A DNA stretch of 64,000 nucleotides, taken from Thermoanaerobaculia bacterium. Lineage in GTDB: Bacteria; Acidobacteriota; Thermoanaerobaculia; Multivoradales; Multivoraceae. Below the pieces are notes generated by a model, which was not told where the DNA came from, ran no database searches, and saw nothing but the letters and a program-made list of their open reading frames with translations. Positions 38,554 through 48,352 of this stretch are shown here, one piece after another. The DNA lies in NCBI GenBank assembly GCA_963666565.1, contig OY762911.1, positions 1,920,001 to 1,984,000 of the forward strand, read 5' to 3'. Numbering within the stretch: position 1 is the stretch's first letter; the number at the start of each line of letters is the position of its first letter. The position numbers and the translations under genes are program-made.

Positions 38554-39987
38554 CTAGCCCTGCCGCCGGCGGCGCAGGGCGGGCCGATGGACCGCGACGG
38601 CCAGCAGCAGGACGAACAGCACGGCGTTGCCCGGCATCTGGAGACTGAAGTCGACCAGCGACTGCAGGGCCAGCGCGCAGATCCCGGTCACGGCGCCGGC
38701 TCGTAGCCACCAGGTTCGGGAATCGTCCAGGTTCTCCCGGAAGCGGCGGCGTACCGCCCGGAACTGAACGACGAGCGCGAACGCCGCCGGCAGGACGAGC
38801 AGCAAGCCGCCTTCCGCCGCGATCTGCAGATAGTCGTTGTGCGCCTCGACGGTGTACATCTCCAACTCGTGGGTCTGGTAGGCGAGCATGGCCACGCCGT
38901 AGGAGTTCAGACCCGTGCCGACGAGCGGAAAGTCGCCGACGATCCGAAGGGTGTCCTGCCAGAAACCGACTCGGCCCTCGACGTCCAGCGCGGCCGCCAG
39001 GGTCTCGGCGGTCTCCTCGCCGACCATGTCCAGACCGGCCCAGACGGCGGCGGCGACGGGCGCCAGGACGAAAACGACCGGAATCCACGCGAACCGGCGC
39101 GCCGCCGGCCCGGCGCTCCGATGCCGCCGCAGCGCCAGGAAGGCCAGCGCCCACGACGACGCGACCAGGCAGGCCATGCCCGAGACGGAAGCGGTGAGGA
39201 AGACGGCCACCATCATCACCAGCAGCGCGAGGCCGGCCAGCACCAGCTCGTTCGCGCCGCGCGACCCGAGCCGGATCAGGCCGTCGCGCCAGTCGCGCGG
39301 CGCGTTGCGCAGGGCGCGCGCCAGACCGCCGCAGAGATAGCCGGCCGACAGCGAGAACGCCATGACCAGCCAGCCGGCCAAGTGGTTCTCGTTGATGAAC
39401 GGAGCGGCCGGTTCCCACGCCTTGCGCGGAAACCACAGGCCGTAGACCCGCAGGCTGCCGCTCGCTTCCTGCGCTAGGGCCACCACGGCGACGATCGCGC
39501 CCAGAACGATGACGCGCCGGGCCACAATCGACGCGCGGACGACCGACAGCGCCCGCGCGCTGGCCAGGAAGAAGACCGACAGCGCCGCGAGGAAGGCCAG
39601 CGCGAGTACCGTCCGGGACGGCGCGATGGAGATGGCGTGAAGCGCCGGTCCGTCCGCCGGCGCCGCGGGGGGTGCCGACATCGTCGCGGCCGCGCGGAGG
39701 GCGGCGAAGTCGTGCGCGAAGCGCCCCGGGCTGACGAAGGCCAGCACCCGTTCGGGCAGCGGCACGAGCTGCAGCGCTCCCGCGCAGAACGCGAGACCGA
39801 GAGCCGCGACGAAAGCCCTCTCCTCGCGCCGGCCGCGGACGACGAGGAGCCCGAGGAGCCCCACCGTCGTGCAGAAGACGAGGAGCGGCGCGTACGCCCA
39901 CGGGTACTCCGCGCCGAACGCCAGGGCCCCCCAGGCCAGCAGGAGCGTCGTTGCCGGGGCGAACCATCGCAGCCGGCGAGCGCTCAC
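38554..39987 (-). CDS. O-antigen ligase / O-oligosaccharyltransferase family (Wzy_C)
   Basis: Multi-TM; PFINENHLAG, GRVGFW...GTGLNSY, EAHNDYLQIAAEGG, SLVDFSLQMP. Confidence 0.85.
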   Translation of the reverse strand: MSARRLRWFAPATTLLLAWGALAFGAEYPWAYAPLLVFCTTVGLLGLLVVRGRREERAFVAALGLAFCAGALQLVPLPERVLAFVSPGRFAHDFAALRAAATMSAPPAAPADGPALHAISIAPSRTVLALAFLAALSVFFLASARALSVVRASIVARRVIVLGAIVAVVALAQEASGSLRVYGLWFPRKAWEPAAPFINENHLAGWLVMAFSLSAGYLCGGLARALRNAPRDWRDGLIRLGSRGANELVLAGLALLVMMVAVFLTASVSGMACLVASSWALAFLALRRHRSAGPAARRFAWIPVVFVLAPVAAAVWAGLDMVGEETAETLAAALDVEGRVGFWQDTLRIVGDFPLVGTGLNSYGVAMLAYQTHELEMYTVEAHNDYLQIAAEGGLLLVLPAAFALVVQFRAVRRRFRENLDDSRTWWLRAGAVTGICALALQSLVDFSLQMPGNAVLFVLLLAVAVHRPALRRRRQG

Positions 39988-40556
39988 GGTCGGCCGCGCT
40001 CCGTGGTCTCTCCGGACGGCTCGTCGCCGCGCGTGCCGCCGGCGGGCGGCTCGTCGTCGGCGGGCGGTTCGTCGCCTCCCGTGTCTTCGGCGCCCGAGGC
40101 GCCGGCCGCGACGAGCGCGCCGTTCACGAAGGTCGACCAGGTGTCGAAGCGGCCGTCACCGTCGTCGTCGGACTCGACTCGGACCAGCGCTTCGTCTTCG
40201 TAGTACTCCCGGCGGTCGGCCCGGCCGTCGCCGTCGAGATCGCGGTCCAGGCGTACGTTGCCGCCAGCCGGGTCGACATGGGCGGTCGTCTCGTGCAGGC
40301 CGTCGGCGTCGAGGTCGAGCCGCAGTTCGGACGCCCGGCCGTTGCGTTCGTCGATGACCGCGCGAACGGTCTGGCCGCCGTAGCGGACGTCCCGGACGAG
40401 CGTCGAACCCTGGCCGTCCGGGTTGGCGACGCGGCGGTACCCGGCGCCGAACGGACCGTCGCCGTAGGGCCCCGCGGCGCGGTACGCCGCTACGCCCGAC
40501 GCGATCGCGCAGACGAAACCGGCGGCGAGCAGAAGCCGCTGCGCCAGTTCCGGCAG
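39984..40556 (-). CDS. Exported protein with DxDxDG repeats (missed by ORF track; CTG start)
   Basis: Manual translation: LPELAQRLLLAAGFVCAIASGVAA...LDLDADG...DRDLDGDGRADRREYY...ESDDDGDGRFDTW...; its stop overlaps the ligase start (GTGA). Confidence 0.7.
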   Translation of the reverse strand: MPELAQRLLLAAGFVCAIASGVAAYRAAGPYGDGPFGAGYRRVANPDGQGSTLVRDVRYGGQTVRAVIDERNGRASELRLDLDADGLHETTAHVDPAGGNVRLDRDLDGDGRADRREYYEDEALVRVESDDDGDGRFDTWSTFVNGALVAAGASGAEDTGGDEPPADDEPPAGGTRGDEPSGETTERGRP

Positions 40557-40562
40557 CGGGGG

Positions 40563-41057
40563 TCAGCTCTGGTCGTCGCGGGTCACGGCCAGGGCGGCGA
40601 CGCCGGCGGCCCCGGCGATGCCCGCGATCGCCGCCGCCGACAGGCCTCCGGCGGCCGCGGCCCCGGCGGCGGCGCCGCCGGCTGCCGCTCCGGCAGCGGC
40701 GCCCGCGGCCGCTCCCGCCGCGGCGGCGGCGCCCGAAGCCGTGACCACGACGCCCGTCACCGCCGTGGCGCCGACGGTCACCGGGATGGAGGCCAGAGCC
40801 TCGCCGACAATGGCCTGGATCACGTACTCGCGCTGAGGCACTCCGCTGAACGCCCAGAATCCGCGCGCGCCGGTGGTGCCGCTCTGGATCGCGGCACCCA
40901 CGGCTTCCCCGCCTTCCGCGGCGAACAGCTCGACCGCGACGCCGTCAAGGCCCTCGCCGGCCGCGTTTACGAGCCGGCCGGAGACCGCGCTCTCCTGAGC
41001 GCCGGCGACCGACGCCGCCAGCAAGACCATCAGTACCAACGACATGAACCTGCGCAT
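40563..41057 (-). CDS. Secreted protein, carboxypeptidase-regulatory-like beta-sandwich + Ala/Gly C-terminal anchor
   Basis: Signal peptide MRRFMSLVLMVLLAASVAGA; VSGRLVNAAGEGLDGVAVEL...TTGARGFWAFSGVP; hydrophobic tail ending TRDDQS. Confidence 0.7.
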   Translation of the reverse strand: MRRFMSLVLMVLLAASVAGAQESAVSGRLVNAAGEGLDGVAVELFAAEGGEAVGAAIQSGTTGARGFWAFSGVPQREYVIQAIVGEALASIPVTVGATAVTGVVVTASGAAAAAGAAAGAAAGAAAGGAAAGAAAAGGLSAAAIAGIAGAAGVAALAVTRDDQS

Positions 41058-41204
41058 CGCCTCGGCATCTCCCTTCAAGCGTTGCAGAAACGTGTCCGCG
41101 AGTATTGCCCACCGGCCGGCGGCCGTCAAACGACCCTCACCCGCGTTGTCCGGGCCCGAGGGCCGGTGTAGGCTCGCCATGCCCCTCGACAGTGGAGAAG
41201 AACC

Positions 41205-41492
41205 ATGACTCTGACCATAGAGCAACTGCGCGAGGAGCTGCATCGGGAACTGACCCCGATGCGCAAGGAGATTCGGGATCTGCGGACTGACGTGGCCGAT
41301 CTCCGAGGGGAGATGGCCGACCTCAGAGTGGAAGTGGCCAAGCTCCCGACCAGGGACGACATGCGCGAACTGGTCCTGGACAAGACGAACGCCATGAAGG
41401 GCAATCTGCTCGCGTGGATTGCCGCTTCGGCCGTGGCCGTCACGGCTGCCCTGACCGCCGTGGTGTTTGGAATCGCCAAGCTCCTCGAGTAA
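41205..41492 (+). CDS. Small coiled-coil protein with C-terminal TM (DUF1640/CCDC90-like)
   Basis: Heptads DLRTDVA-DLRGEMA-DLRVEVA, C-terminal hydrophobic helix, SD GGAG. Confidence 0.6.
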   Translation: MTLTIEQLREELHRELTPMRKEIRDLRTDVADLRGEMADLRVEVAKLPTRDDMRELVLDKTNAMKGNLLAWIAASAVAVTAALTAVVFGIAKLLE

Positions 41493-41537
41493 CGGAGGCC
41501 CGGCGGCCGAGCGGGTGCTCGGTCGCCGGCGCCGGAT

Positions 41538-41561
41538 GCGGGTCGGAAGACCCGCGCACCC
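41538..41561 (-). repeat. REP-like palindrome
   Basis: GCGGGTCGGAAGACCCGCGCACCC between convergent genes. Confidence 0.88.
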
Positions 41562-41576
41562 GGCGCGGAGCGGCGG

Positions 41577-43856
41577 CTACGGCTGGATCAGGTAGGTGAA
41601 CTTCACCGCGATCTGGCGGCGGGTGCTCGTCCGGTAGCGGAGGTCCTCGGCCATCCAGTTCTCGTTGTACACGACGAACAGGTCGGAGCCCGGTTTGTAG
41701 ATCCAGTGCAGGCGGACGTTGGTTCCGAGGTCGCCGGAGAGATCGTTGTACTGGACGATCGTGTTCAGCCGCAGGTTCGGGTTGAACGTCAGGTTGACGA
41801 TCTGGCTGTAGAGGCCGACGTCGAAGGCGCCGGTCGGCAGCTCGACGTCGTTGAACACCCAGCGGGTTTCCGTCTGCAGGTTCTTCGAGAGGCGGAGGTT
41901 GAGGGAGAGGCGGCCCGAGGTCTGGGTGCCGTCGTAGAAGTCGCCGATGCCGAGGCGGCCGCGCACGCCAAGGAGACGGCTCTGGTTGCTGAACGTGGCG
42001 AGTTCGACGGTGTCGAACTCGTAGCGCCCCGGCGGGATCACGACGCCGGGCGACACCTCGAACGGCTCGACCAGGTTCTCCGTTTCGTTGACGTAACCGA
42101 TCCGCCAGCGGTCCTCGGTAGTCATCCTCATGCCGATGGGCGAGAACTCGATCCGGCGCGTCTCGAGTTCGCCTTCGTCCAGCGTCTCGTAGTAGTCGAC
42201 GTTCAGTTCGGTGAACCAGGAGCGGACCAGGCCCCGTTCGATCCGGGGCAGCCACTGGATCATCGGGTTCAGGTGCCGGACGTTCCGGCGCAGGAGGAAG
42301 CCGGCCCTCGGGTCGTAGTCCCGCTCGATCTCCTGGGCGTCCAGGAACATGGTCAGGGTGCGGCCCTGGTAGTCGAAGTTCAGCCCGTAGGCGGACTCGC
42401 CGGCGTCGGAGGGGTCGGCCGGCGCCGCGTCCCCGGAGTCCGCGGACGGTTCCTCGCCGATGCCGCTGCTGGACCAGAAGCCGCCGAAGATCGTCTTCGA
42501 CGTCGGCTTGTAGACGAAGTCGACGCCGGCGACCCGGTTCGCGAGTTCGCCGTCCGGGGCCGCTTCGGTGAGCATCGCGCCGATCGACGAGCGCTCGCCG
42601 ACGTTGCGCTTCAGGCGGGCGACGGTGAACGCGTTCGCGGGCAGCGTGCCGTCGGCCCGCTCCAGCCCGGCCGTGGCGACGCGCAGGACGCCGATGTCCC
42701 AGCCGCCCATCCGGCCGGTGAGGCGGGCGCCCCAGTCGATCGGGACCTGCCGGCCCGCGTCCAGGCCGACCCGCCGGGAGAAGAACGCCTTGAGCACCGG
42801 CGGCTGGTAGAAGCGGCGGTGGGGCGGACCGAAGTCGAAGATGCCCGCGTTCTCCAGGAAGAAGTCGCGCTTCTCGGGGAAGTAGAGCGAGAACCGGGTC
42901 AGGTTCGTTTGCAACTCGTCGACCTCGACCTCGGCGAAGTCCGTGTTGTACGTCAGGTCGAGCGCCAGGGAACGCGTCACGCCCCACTTCAGGTCCAGGC
43001 CGAAGTCGCCGTCGGTGGCCGGGTCGAGGTCGAGGCGCGGGTCCTCGCTGACGTCGCCGATGGCGTACGGCTTGATCTGAAGTTGCGCCGACTGGCTGAG
43101 TCCGGTGAGCCCGGTCAGTTCGCCGGCCATGGACACCCGATGCACGGGCTGCACGTCGGAACCGACCTGACCGAGCACGCCGACTTCGCGGGGCAGGCCG
43201 GACCAGTGGGTCATCTCGCGCTTGTGGGCGATGTAGCGCTGGACGTTGAAGCCCCAGGCCGGCGCGGCCGGATCGAACCGGAGCGTGGAGATGGGAATCG
43301 CGATCTCGGCGGTCCAGCCCGCCGCCGTCCTGCGGGACGCGACCGCCCAGATGCCGTCCCACTCGAGGTTCAGGTCGCGGCCTTCGTCGGTGACCAGGGT
43401 GTCGGTTCTTGCGCCGTTCAGGTTCGTCTCGAAGGCGTAGGCGTTGCGTCGATCATGGAAGGTGTCCAGCAACAGGATGATCGAGTCGTCCTGGAAGATG
43501 CGGCTGTCCCGCTCCATCTCCTTGGCGATGATCGCGTCGGGGTTCGCGTCGAAGGCGGCGATGCCGAAGTAGATGGTGCTGTCGGTGAACACGACCCGCA
43601 CTTCCGTCTGCTCGGTCGCCGGCACGCCGTCGAGGGGCTCGTGCTGCATGAAGTCCGTGCCGACCTCGGACGCCTGCCAGGCCCGGTCGCTCAGGTCGCC
43701 GTCGACGGTCGGGGCCTGGTCCACGCGGGTGGCCGCCATGCTGGGACGCTCGGCTGCTGTTGCCGGCCGCTCCTGCCCCGCGAGCGGCGCGGCCGCCAGG
43801 AGCGCCAGCGTCACAGCCGTCCAGGTCGGCGCAACTGGTCTCTTCGGTGGCGACAC
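41577..43856 (-). CDS. CBM9-like + DUF5916 beta-barrel outer-membrane protein
   Basis: PTVDGDLSDRAW, GWTAEIAIP, YNTDFAEVEVD, TRFSLYFPEKRDFFLE, FFSRRVGL, C-terminal KFTYL; start approximate. Confidence 0.82.
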   Translation of the reverse strand: MSPPKRPVAPTWTAVTLALLAAAPLAGQERPATAAERPSMAATRVDQAPTVDGDLSDRAWQASEVGTDFMQHEPLDGVPATEQTEVRVVFTDSTIYFGIAAFDANPDAIIAKEMERDSRIFQDDSIILLLDTFHDRRNAYAFETNLNGARTDTLVTDEGRDLNLEWDGIWAVASRRTAAGWTAEIAIPISTLRFDPAAPAWGFNVQRYIAHKREMTHWSGLPREVGVLGQVGSDVQPVHRVSMAGELTGLTGLSQSAQLQIKPYAIGDVSEDPRLDLDPATDGDFGLDLKWGVTRSLALDLTYNTDFAEVEVDELQTNLTRFSLYFPEKRDFFLENAGIFDFGPPHRRFYQPPVLKAFFSRRVGLDAGRQVPIDWGARLTGRMGGWDIGVLRVATAGLERADGTLPANAFTVARLKRNVGERSSIGAMLTEAAPDGELANRVAGVDFVYKPTSKTIFGGFWSSSGIGEEPSADSGDAAPADPSDAGESAYGLNFDYQGRTLTMFLDAQEIERDYDPRAGFLLRRNVRHLNPMIQWLPRIERGLVRSWFTELNVDYYETLDEGELETRRIEFSPIGMRMTTEDRWRIGYVNETENLVEPFEVSPGVVIPPGRYEFDTVELATFSNQSRLLGVRGRLGIGDFYDGTQTSGRLSLNLRLSKNLQTETRWVFNDVELPTGAFDVGLYSQIVNLTFNPNLRLNTIVQYNDLSGDLGTNVRLHWIYKPGSDLFVVYNENWMAEDLRYRTSTRRQIAVKFTYLIQP

Positions 43857-44019
43857 GGGCTCGGTACGCGGAGACGGGGTCGGCGGCGGTCGGCCGGACG
43901 TATGGGTTCGGCGGCTGCAGGGGCGCGTAGTTCGCGCCAGCGGGAACCGGCGCAGACTAGCAGGAGCGGACGGCGCCGAGCCGCAGCCGCGCGCGGTCTC
44001 TGCGGTAACGTCCGCCCCC

Positions 44020-45324
44020 ATGCCCGACGAACGGCAGCCCGACCTGTTGACGCTGGCCGAGCAGGCCTGGCGCGGCGAGCTCGACCTCCAGTTCGAGCAC
44101 CACCCGGTGCACCGCTACTACCCGGGTTCCTGCCGGCTCGCCGACGGTCTGCTCGGCTTCAAGGGCATCGCCGGCTTCTACGTCATCGACAGCGGCGACG
44201 GCCTGGTGATGCTCGACGCCGGCCATCTGCTCGACGTGAAGCGCTGCTTCGAGGACGTGCGGCGGGAATGGCCGGATACGCCGGTCGTGGCCGCGATCTA
44301 CTCGCATCACCACGCGGACCATGTGTTCTCGGTCACCGCCTTCGACGCGGAGGCGGAAGATCGGGGCTGGCCGCGGCCGACCGTGTACGCCCACGAGCGG
44401 GTGCCGGCCCACTTCGACCGCTACCGGGCGACCCTGGGCTGGAACACGGCGATCAACCGCCGGCAGTTCGCGATCGACGCGCCGCACTACCGTTGGCCCG
44501 ACAGCTACCGATACCCGGACGTCCTGTACCGCAGCAACCTGACCTTCCGGCGCGGGGAGCTGACCTTCGAGCTGACCCACGGCTGCGGCGAGACGGACGA
44601 CGTCACCTGGACCTGGATTCCGGAGCGCCGCATCCTGCACACCGGCGACCTGTTCATCTGGGCGGTGCCGAACGCGGGCAACCCGCAGAAGGTGCAGCGC
44701 TACGTCGGCGACTGGGCGGACAGCCTGGAGCGGATGCTGCCGCTCGGCGCCGAGATCCTGCTGCCGGGTCACGGCCTGCCGATCCTGGGCGCGGACCGGG
44801 TGCGCCGGGCGCTGGACGACACCGCGCGCTACATGAGGTCGATCGAGGAGCAGAGCTTGGCCGCGATGAACCGGGGGCTGAGCCTCGACCGGGTGGTCCG
44901 GGCTGTGACGCCGCCGGCCGACCTGGCGGACGAGCCGTACTTGCAGCCGGTCTACGACGATCCGAGCTTCCTCGTGCGGATGGTCTGGCGGCGCTACGGC
45001 GGCTGGTGGGACGGCGAGTTCGACACCGTGATGCCGGCCACGAAGAGTGAGCAGGCCGAGGCTTGGGTCGAACTCGCGGGCGGAGTCGAGCGGGTGGTCG
45101 AACGGGCGCTGGCGGCATCGTCGGAGGGCAGGCACGCCGTCGCCTGCCACCTGATCGAGGCGGCCCGGCACGCGGCGCCGGAGAGCGCCGAGGTCCACGA
45201 GGCGCGCGCGACCGTCTACCGCGCCAACGCCGGGACGCAGGCGTCGTCGATGGCGCGCAACATCCTGAACCACGCGGCGTTGGCGAGCGACCGGGGCCGG
45301 CGGGATCTAGCCTCGGATGAGTGA
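44020..45324 (+). CDS. Alkyl sulfatase-like metallo-beta-lactamase fold hydrolase
   Basis: YSHHHADH, GETDD, PNAGNPQKVQRY, LPGHG, YGGWWDG. Confidence 0.85.
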   Translation: MPDERQPDLLTLAEQAWRGELDLQFEHHPVHRYYPGSCRLADGLLGFKGIAGFYVIDSGDGLVMLDAGHLLDVKRCFEDVRREWPDTPVVAAIYSHHHADHVFSVTAFDAEAEDRGWPRPTVYAHERVPAHFDRYRATLGWNTAINRRQFAIDAPHYRWPDSYRYPDVLYRSNLTFRRGELTFELTHGCGETDDVTWTWIPERRILHTGDLFIWAVPNAGNPQKVQRYVGDWADSLERMLPLGAEILLPGHGLPILGADRVRRALDDTARYMRSIEEQSLAAMNRGLSLDRVVRAVTPPADLADEPYLQPVYDDPSFLVRMVWRRYGGWWDGEFDTVMPATKSEQAEAWVELAGGVERVVERALAASSEGRHAVACHLIEAARHAAPESAEVHEARATVYRANAGTQASSMARNILNHAALASDRGRRDLASDE

Positions 45325-45844
45325 AACGCCTGCCGGCGCCGAGGCGGACCGGACCGTCAAGCCGGATGGCGGTCTGGCCGGCCGCGCCGGTGCGTTGTGG
45401 GCGGTGGGCGGCATCGTCGGCCTGCTCGTGTGGGCGGTCTACCGGCTGGCCACGATCTCGATCGATGCCTTCGACCATCCCTTCGCCTGGTATCACTGGG
45501 CTTCGCTGCTCGCGATCGTTCCCTTCATGGCCTGGTCGGAGGGGTGGCGCGGCTTCCAGTTGCGGTTTTCTCCGCGCGTGGCGGAGCGGGCGATGACGGT
45601 TCGCCGGGAGCCGACCCTTCGGCGAGTGGCGCTCGCGCCCCTTTACGCGGCCGGCTACTTCGAGGGAACGAGGCGCGAGCGGCTCGGCGTCTGGCTCGGA
45701 ACCGCCGGCATCGTGGTGCTGATCGTCATCGTGCACCGGCTGGCCCAGCCGTGGCGGGGGATCCTGGATGCGGGTGTGGTCGTCGGACTCTCCTGGGGCA
45801 CGATCGCGACGCTGGCCTGCAGCGCGCGCGCCTGGCGAAGCTGA
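45317..45844 (+). CDS. Hypothetical membrane protein
   Basis: 175 aa with about 4 TM, coupled to the sulfatase; SEGWRGFQ..FSPRV, QPWRGILDAGVVVGL. Confidence 0.7.
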   Translation: MSETPAGAEADRTVKPDGGLAGRAGALWAVGGIVGLLVWAVYRLATISIDAFDHPFAWYHWASLLAIVPFMAWSEGWRGFQLRFSPRVAERAMTVRREPTLRRVALAPLYAAGYFEGTRRERLGVWLGTAGIVVLIVIVHRLAQPWRGILDAGVVVGLSWGTIATLACSARAWRS

Positions 45845-45856
45845 TCCGCTTCCACT

Positions 45857-46042
45857 GGGTGCGCGGGTTTTCTGACCCGCTCTCGGGCGAAGCTGCGAAG
45901 CGGCGCAGTCCCGAGGACAGGGCCGCCGGCGGAAGGCCGGCGACCGCGCCAGACGGGGCGCCGGCCACGGCGGAGCCGGCTTGCGGCCGGCGCGTCCTTC
46001 TGGCCGCCTTCGGCGGCAGCGGGTCAGAAGACCCGCGCACCC
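45857..46042. mobile_element. REPIN/MITE-like doublet (inverted REP arms B and A)
   Basis: REP at 45857-45880 and inverted REP at 46019-46042 flank a GC-rich spacer with GAA mini-hairpins. Confidence 0.75.
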
Positions 46043-46054
46043 GGTGCAGTGCCT

Positions 46055-48352
46055 CTACGGCTCGATCGTCTTCAGGATGAAGCGGGCCATCGTCTGGCGG
46101 AGGTGCAGCGAGAGGTCCGGATCGGTCACGCCGTGGCGGGACTTCGGGTAGAGCATCATCTCGAAGGGCTTGCCGGCCTTCTGTAGCTTCCAGGCCATCT
46201 GCAGGGTGTTCTGCATGTGGACGTTGTCGTCCATCGTGCCGTGGACGATCAGCAGGTCGCCGTGGAGGTCTCCGGCCGTCTCAAGCACCGAGGTGCGCTC
46301 GTACCCTTCCGGGTTGTCGTCCGGCGTCGACATGTAGCGCTCGGTGTAGATCGAGTCGTAGGCGCGCCAGTCGACGACGCTGCCGCCGGCGATGCCGGCG
46401 CGGAAGCGATCGGAGCGGGTGAGCGCGTAGAGCGTCATGTAGCCGCCGAAGCTCCAGCCGTCGAGTCCGATCCGCTCCGCGTCGACCCACGGCTTCGCGC
46501 CGAGCCAGTCGACGGCTTCGACCAGGTCGATGAGCTCCTGCTCGCCGAAGTTCCGGTACACCGGCCAGGTCGACTCGACTCCCTTGCCCGAGGCGATCCG
46601 GTTGTCGACGACGAGGACGACGATTCCCTGCTGGGCGAGGTACTGGAACCACATGCCGCGCGACCCCAGCCAGCCGTTGCGGACCTGCTGGGCGTGGGGG
46701 CCGCCGTAGACGTGGACCCAGGCCGGGTAGACGCGATCGGGATCGAAGCCGTGCGGCCGGATGAGCATCGCTTCGAGGTCGACGCCGTCGCTGGTCCGGA
46801 TCTGCAGGAGTTCCGGCTTCGAGACGTCGAACCGCTTCAGGTCCGGCACGTCGCCGCCGCCGAGCCGGCGGACCGGCTCGCCGTCGTCGGCGCGTCGCAG
46901 CGTCATCGTCGTCGGCGTGTGGAGGTCGCTCGACGTGGCGATCCAGTGCGCGACCGGACCGTCTTCCGGGAAGTTGCCGCGGTGACTGCCGGTCGAGTCG
47001 GTGAGAAGCGTCGGCGCCGAGCCGTCGAGCGCCACGCGGAGCACGTCCGCGCCGATTGCCGAACGGAAGGTGCCCGAGACGTAGGCGAATCCTGCCTCCT
47101 CGTCCACCGCGTTCAGGGAACGCACTTCCCAGCGGCCATCGGTGAGCGGCCGGACCAGCTTGCCGTTCTTGTCGTAGCGGTAGAGGTGCTGGAAGCCGGT
47201 CCGTTCGCTGAGCCAGAGGAAGCCGCCGGGGGAGTTGCCGTTCTCCGCGTTCGAACCGCTCCCGTCCCGGCTGCTTCCCGGCCCGCCGTTTCCGCTCCGG
47301 CCGCCTTCCAGAAAGCGGGGAGGCCCGAGCGCGTTGACCCAGGCGTGGGACTCCTCTCGCAGCACCCGCTCCGATTCGCCGGTATCGGGATCGGCGCGGT
47401 GCAGGTCGAGGAAGGTCTGCCGGCGATCCTGGACCTGGTACCAGACATCGCCGTCGGGCGAGAACGCGACGTCTACGATCAGGATCTCGTCGTGCCCGTA
47501 GAGGCCCGGATCGATCCACGCAATGCCCCCGCCGGCGGCCTTCGCGACGCCGAGCCGGACGCGCGGGTTCGGATCGCCGGCCTTCGGGTAGGGGTAGACC
47601 TCGAGCGGCGGCCGGAACGGAACGTGGTCGACTACCGTGAAGCGGGGCACGTCCCGCTCGTCGGTCTGCAGGAAGGCGATGCGGCGGCCGTCGGGGCTCC
47701 ACCAGTGGGCCTGGTAGTTGCCGCGTCCGTAGATCTCCTCCTGGTAGACCCAGTCGAGCTTGCCGTTCAGGGTGTGCTCGCCGCCGTCGGCGGTCAGCCG
47801 GAGTTCGTTGCCGGAGGCGTCGACGACGTGGAGATCCGCGTCGCGCACGAACGCGATGCGGCGGCCGTCCGGCGAGAAGCGGGGGAGTTCCTCGGTCTCG
47901 GGTCCCCGGGTGAGTCGGGTCAGCGTCTCGTCGTCGAAGCTCCAGACGAACAGGTCCGAGGCGAGGTCGAGCAGCAGCGCGTCGGCGCCGGGCGACATCA
48001 GCAGCGAACCGGGGCGCGCTCGTTGTGCCGCGTCCTCCGCGCTCAAGTCCAGTTGCTCCGCGAGCGCGGCCGCCAGCGGTTCCGGGTCGTAGAACGGCCG
48101 GGACTCCCCCGACGCCGCGTCGACGACCGTCCAGGACCGGCGATCGTGGCCGTCCTCCGCGAGCAGGTACTCCTCACCGCCGGGAAGCCAGCGGATCCGC
48201 GGCAGATCGGGCGAGAAGTCGAGCGCCTCCGGCCCGTAGATGTGGTGAAGCTCCAGGGGCTCCGTCTGCGCCGCCGCCGGCTGGAGCGCGGCGCCGGTCA
48301 GGACGGCGGCGGGAACACAGGCGAGCGCGAGTCGTCGGCTGATCGTGAGCAT
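46055..48352 (-). CDS. S9B dipeptidyl-peptidase IV-like peptidase
   Basis: DWVYQEE, YPKAGDPNP, VYGGP, GWSFGG, YTERYM, HGTMDDNVH, YPKSRHG. Confidence 0.93.
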   Translation of the reverse strand: MLTISRRLALACVPAAVLTGAALQPAAAQTEPLELHHIYGPEALDFSPDLPRIRWLPGGEEYLLAEDGHDRRSWTVVDAASGESRPFYDPEPLAAALAEQLDLSAEDAAQRARPGSLLMSPGADALLLDLASDLFVWSFDDETLTRLTRGPETEELPRFSPDGRRIAFVRDADLHVVDASGNELRLTADGGEHTLNGKLDWVYQEEIYGRGNYQAHWWSPDGRRIAFLQTDERDVPRFTVVDHVPFRPPLEVYPYPKAGDPNPRVRLGVAKAAGGGIAWIDPGLYGHDEILIVDVAFSPDGDVWYQVQDRRQTFLDLHRADPDTGESERVLREESHAWVNALGPPRFLEGGRSGNGGPGSSRDGSGSNAENGNSPGGFLWLSERTGFQHLYRYDKNGKLVRPLTDGRWEVRSLNAVDEEAGFAYVSGTFRSAIGADVLRVALDGSAPTLLTDSTGSHRGNFPEDGPVAHWIATSSDLHTPTTMTLRRADDGEPVRRLGGGDVPDLKRFDVSKPELLQIRTSDGVDLEAMLIRPHGFDPDRVYPAWVHVYGGPHAQQVRNGWLGSRGMWFQYLAQQGIVVLVVDNRIASGKGVESTWPVYRNFGEQELIDLVEAVDWLGAKPWVDAERIGLDGWSFGGYMTLYALTRSDRFRAGIAGGSVVDWRAYDSIYTERYMSTPDDNPEGYERTSVLETAGDLHGDLLIVHGTMDDNVHMQNTLQMAWKLQKAGKPFEMMLYPKSRHGVTDPDLSLHLRQTMARFILKTIEP

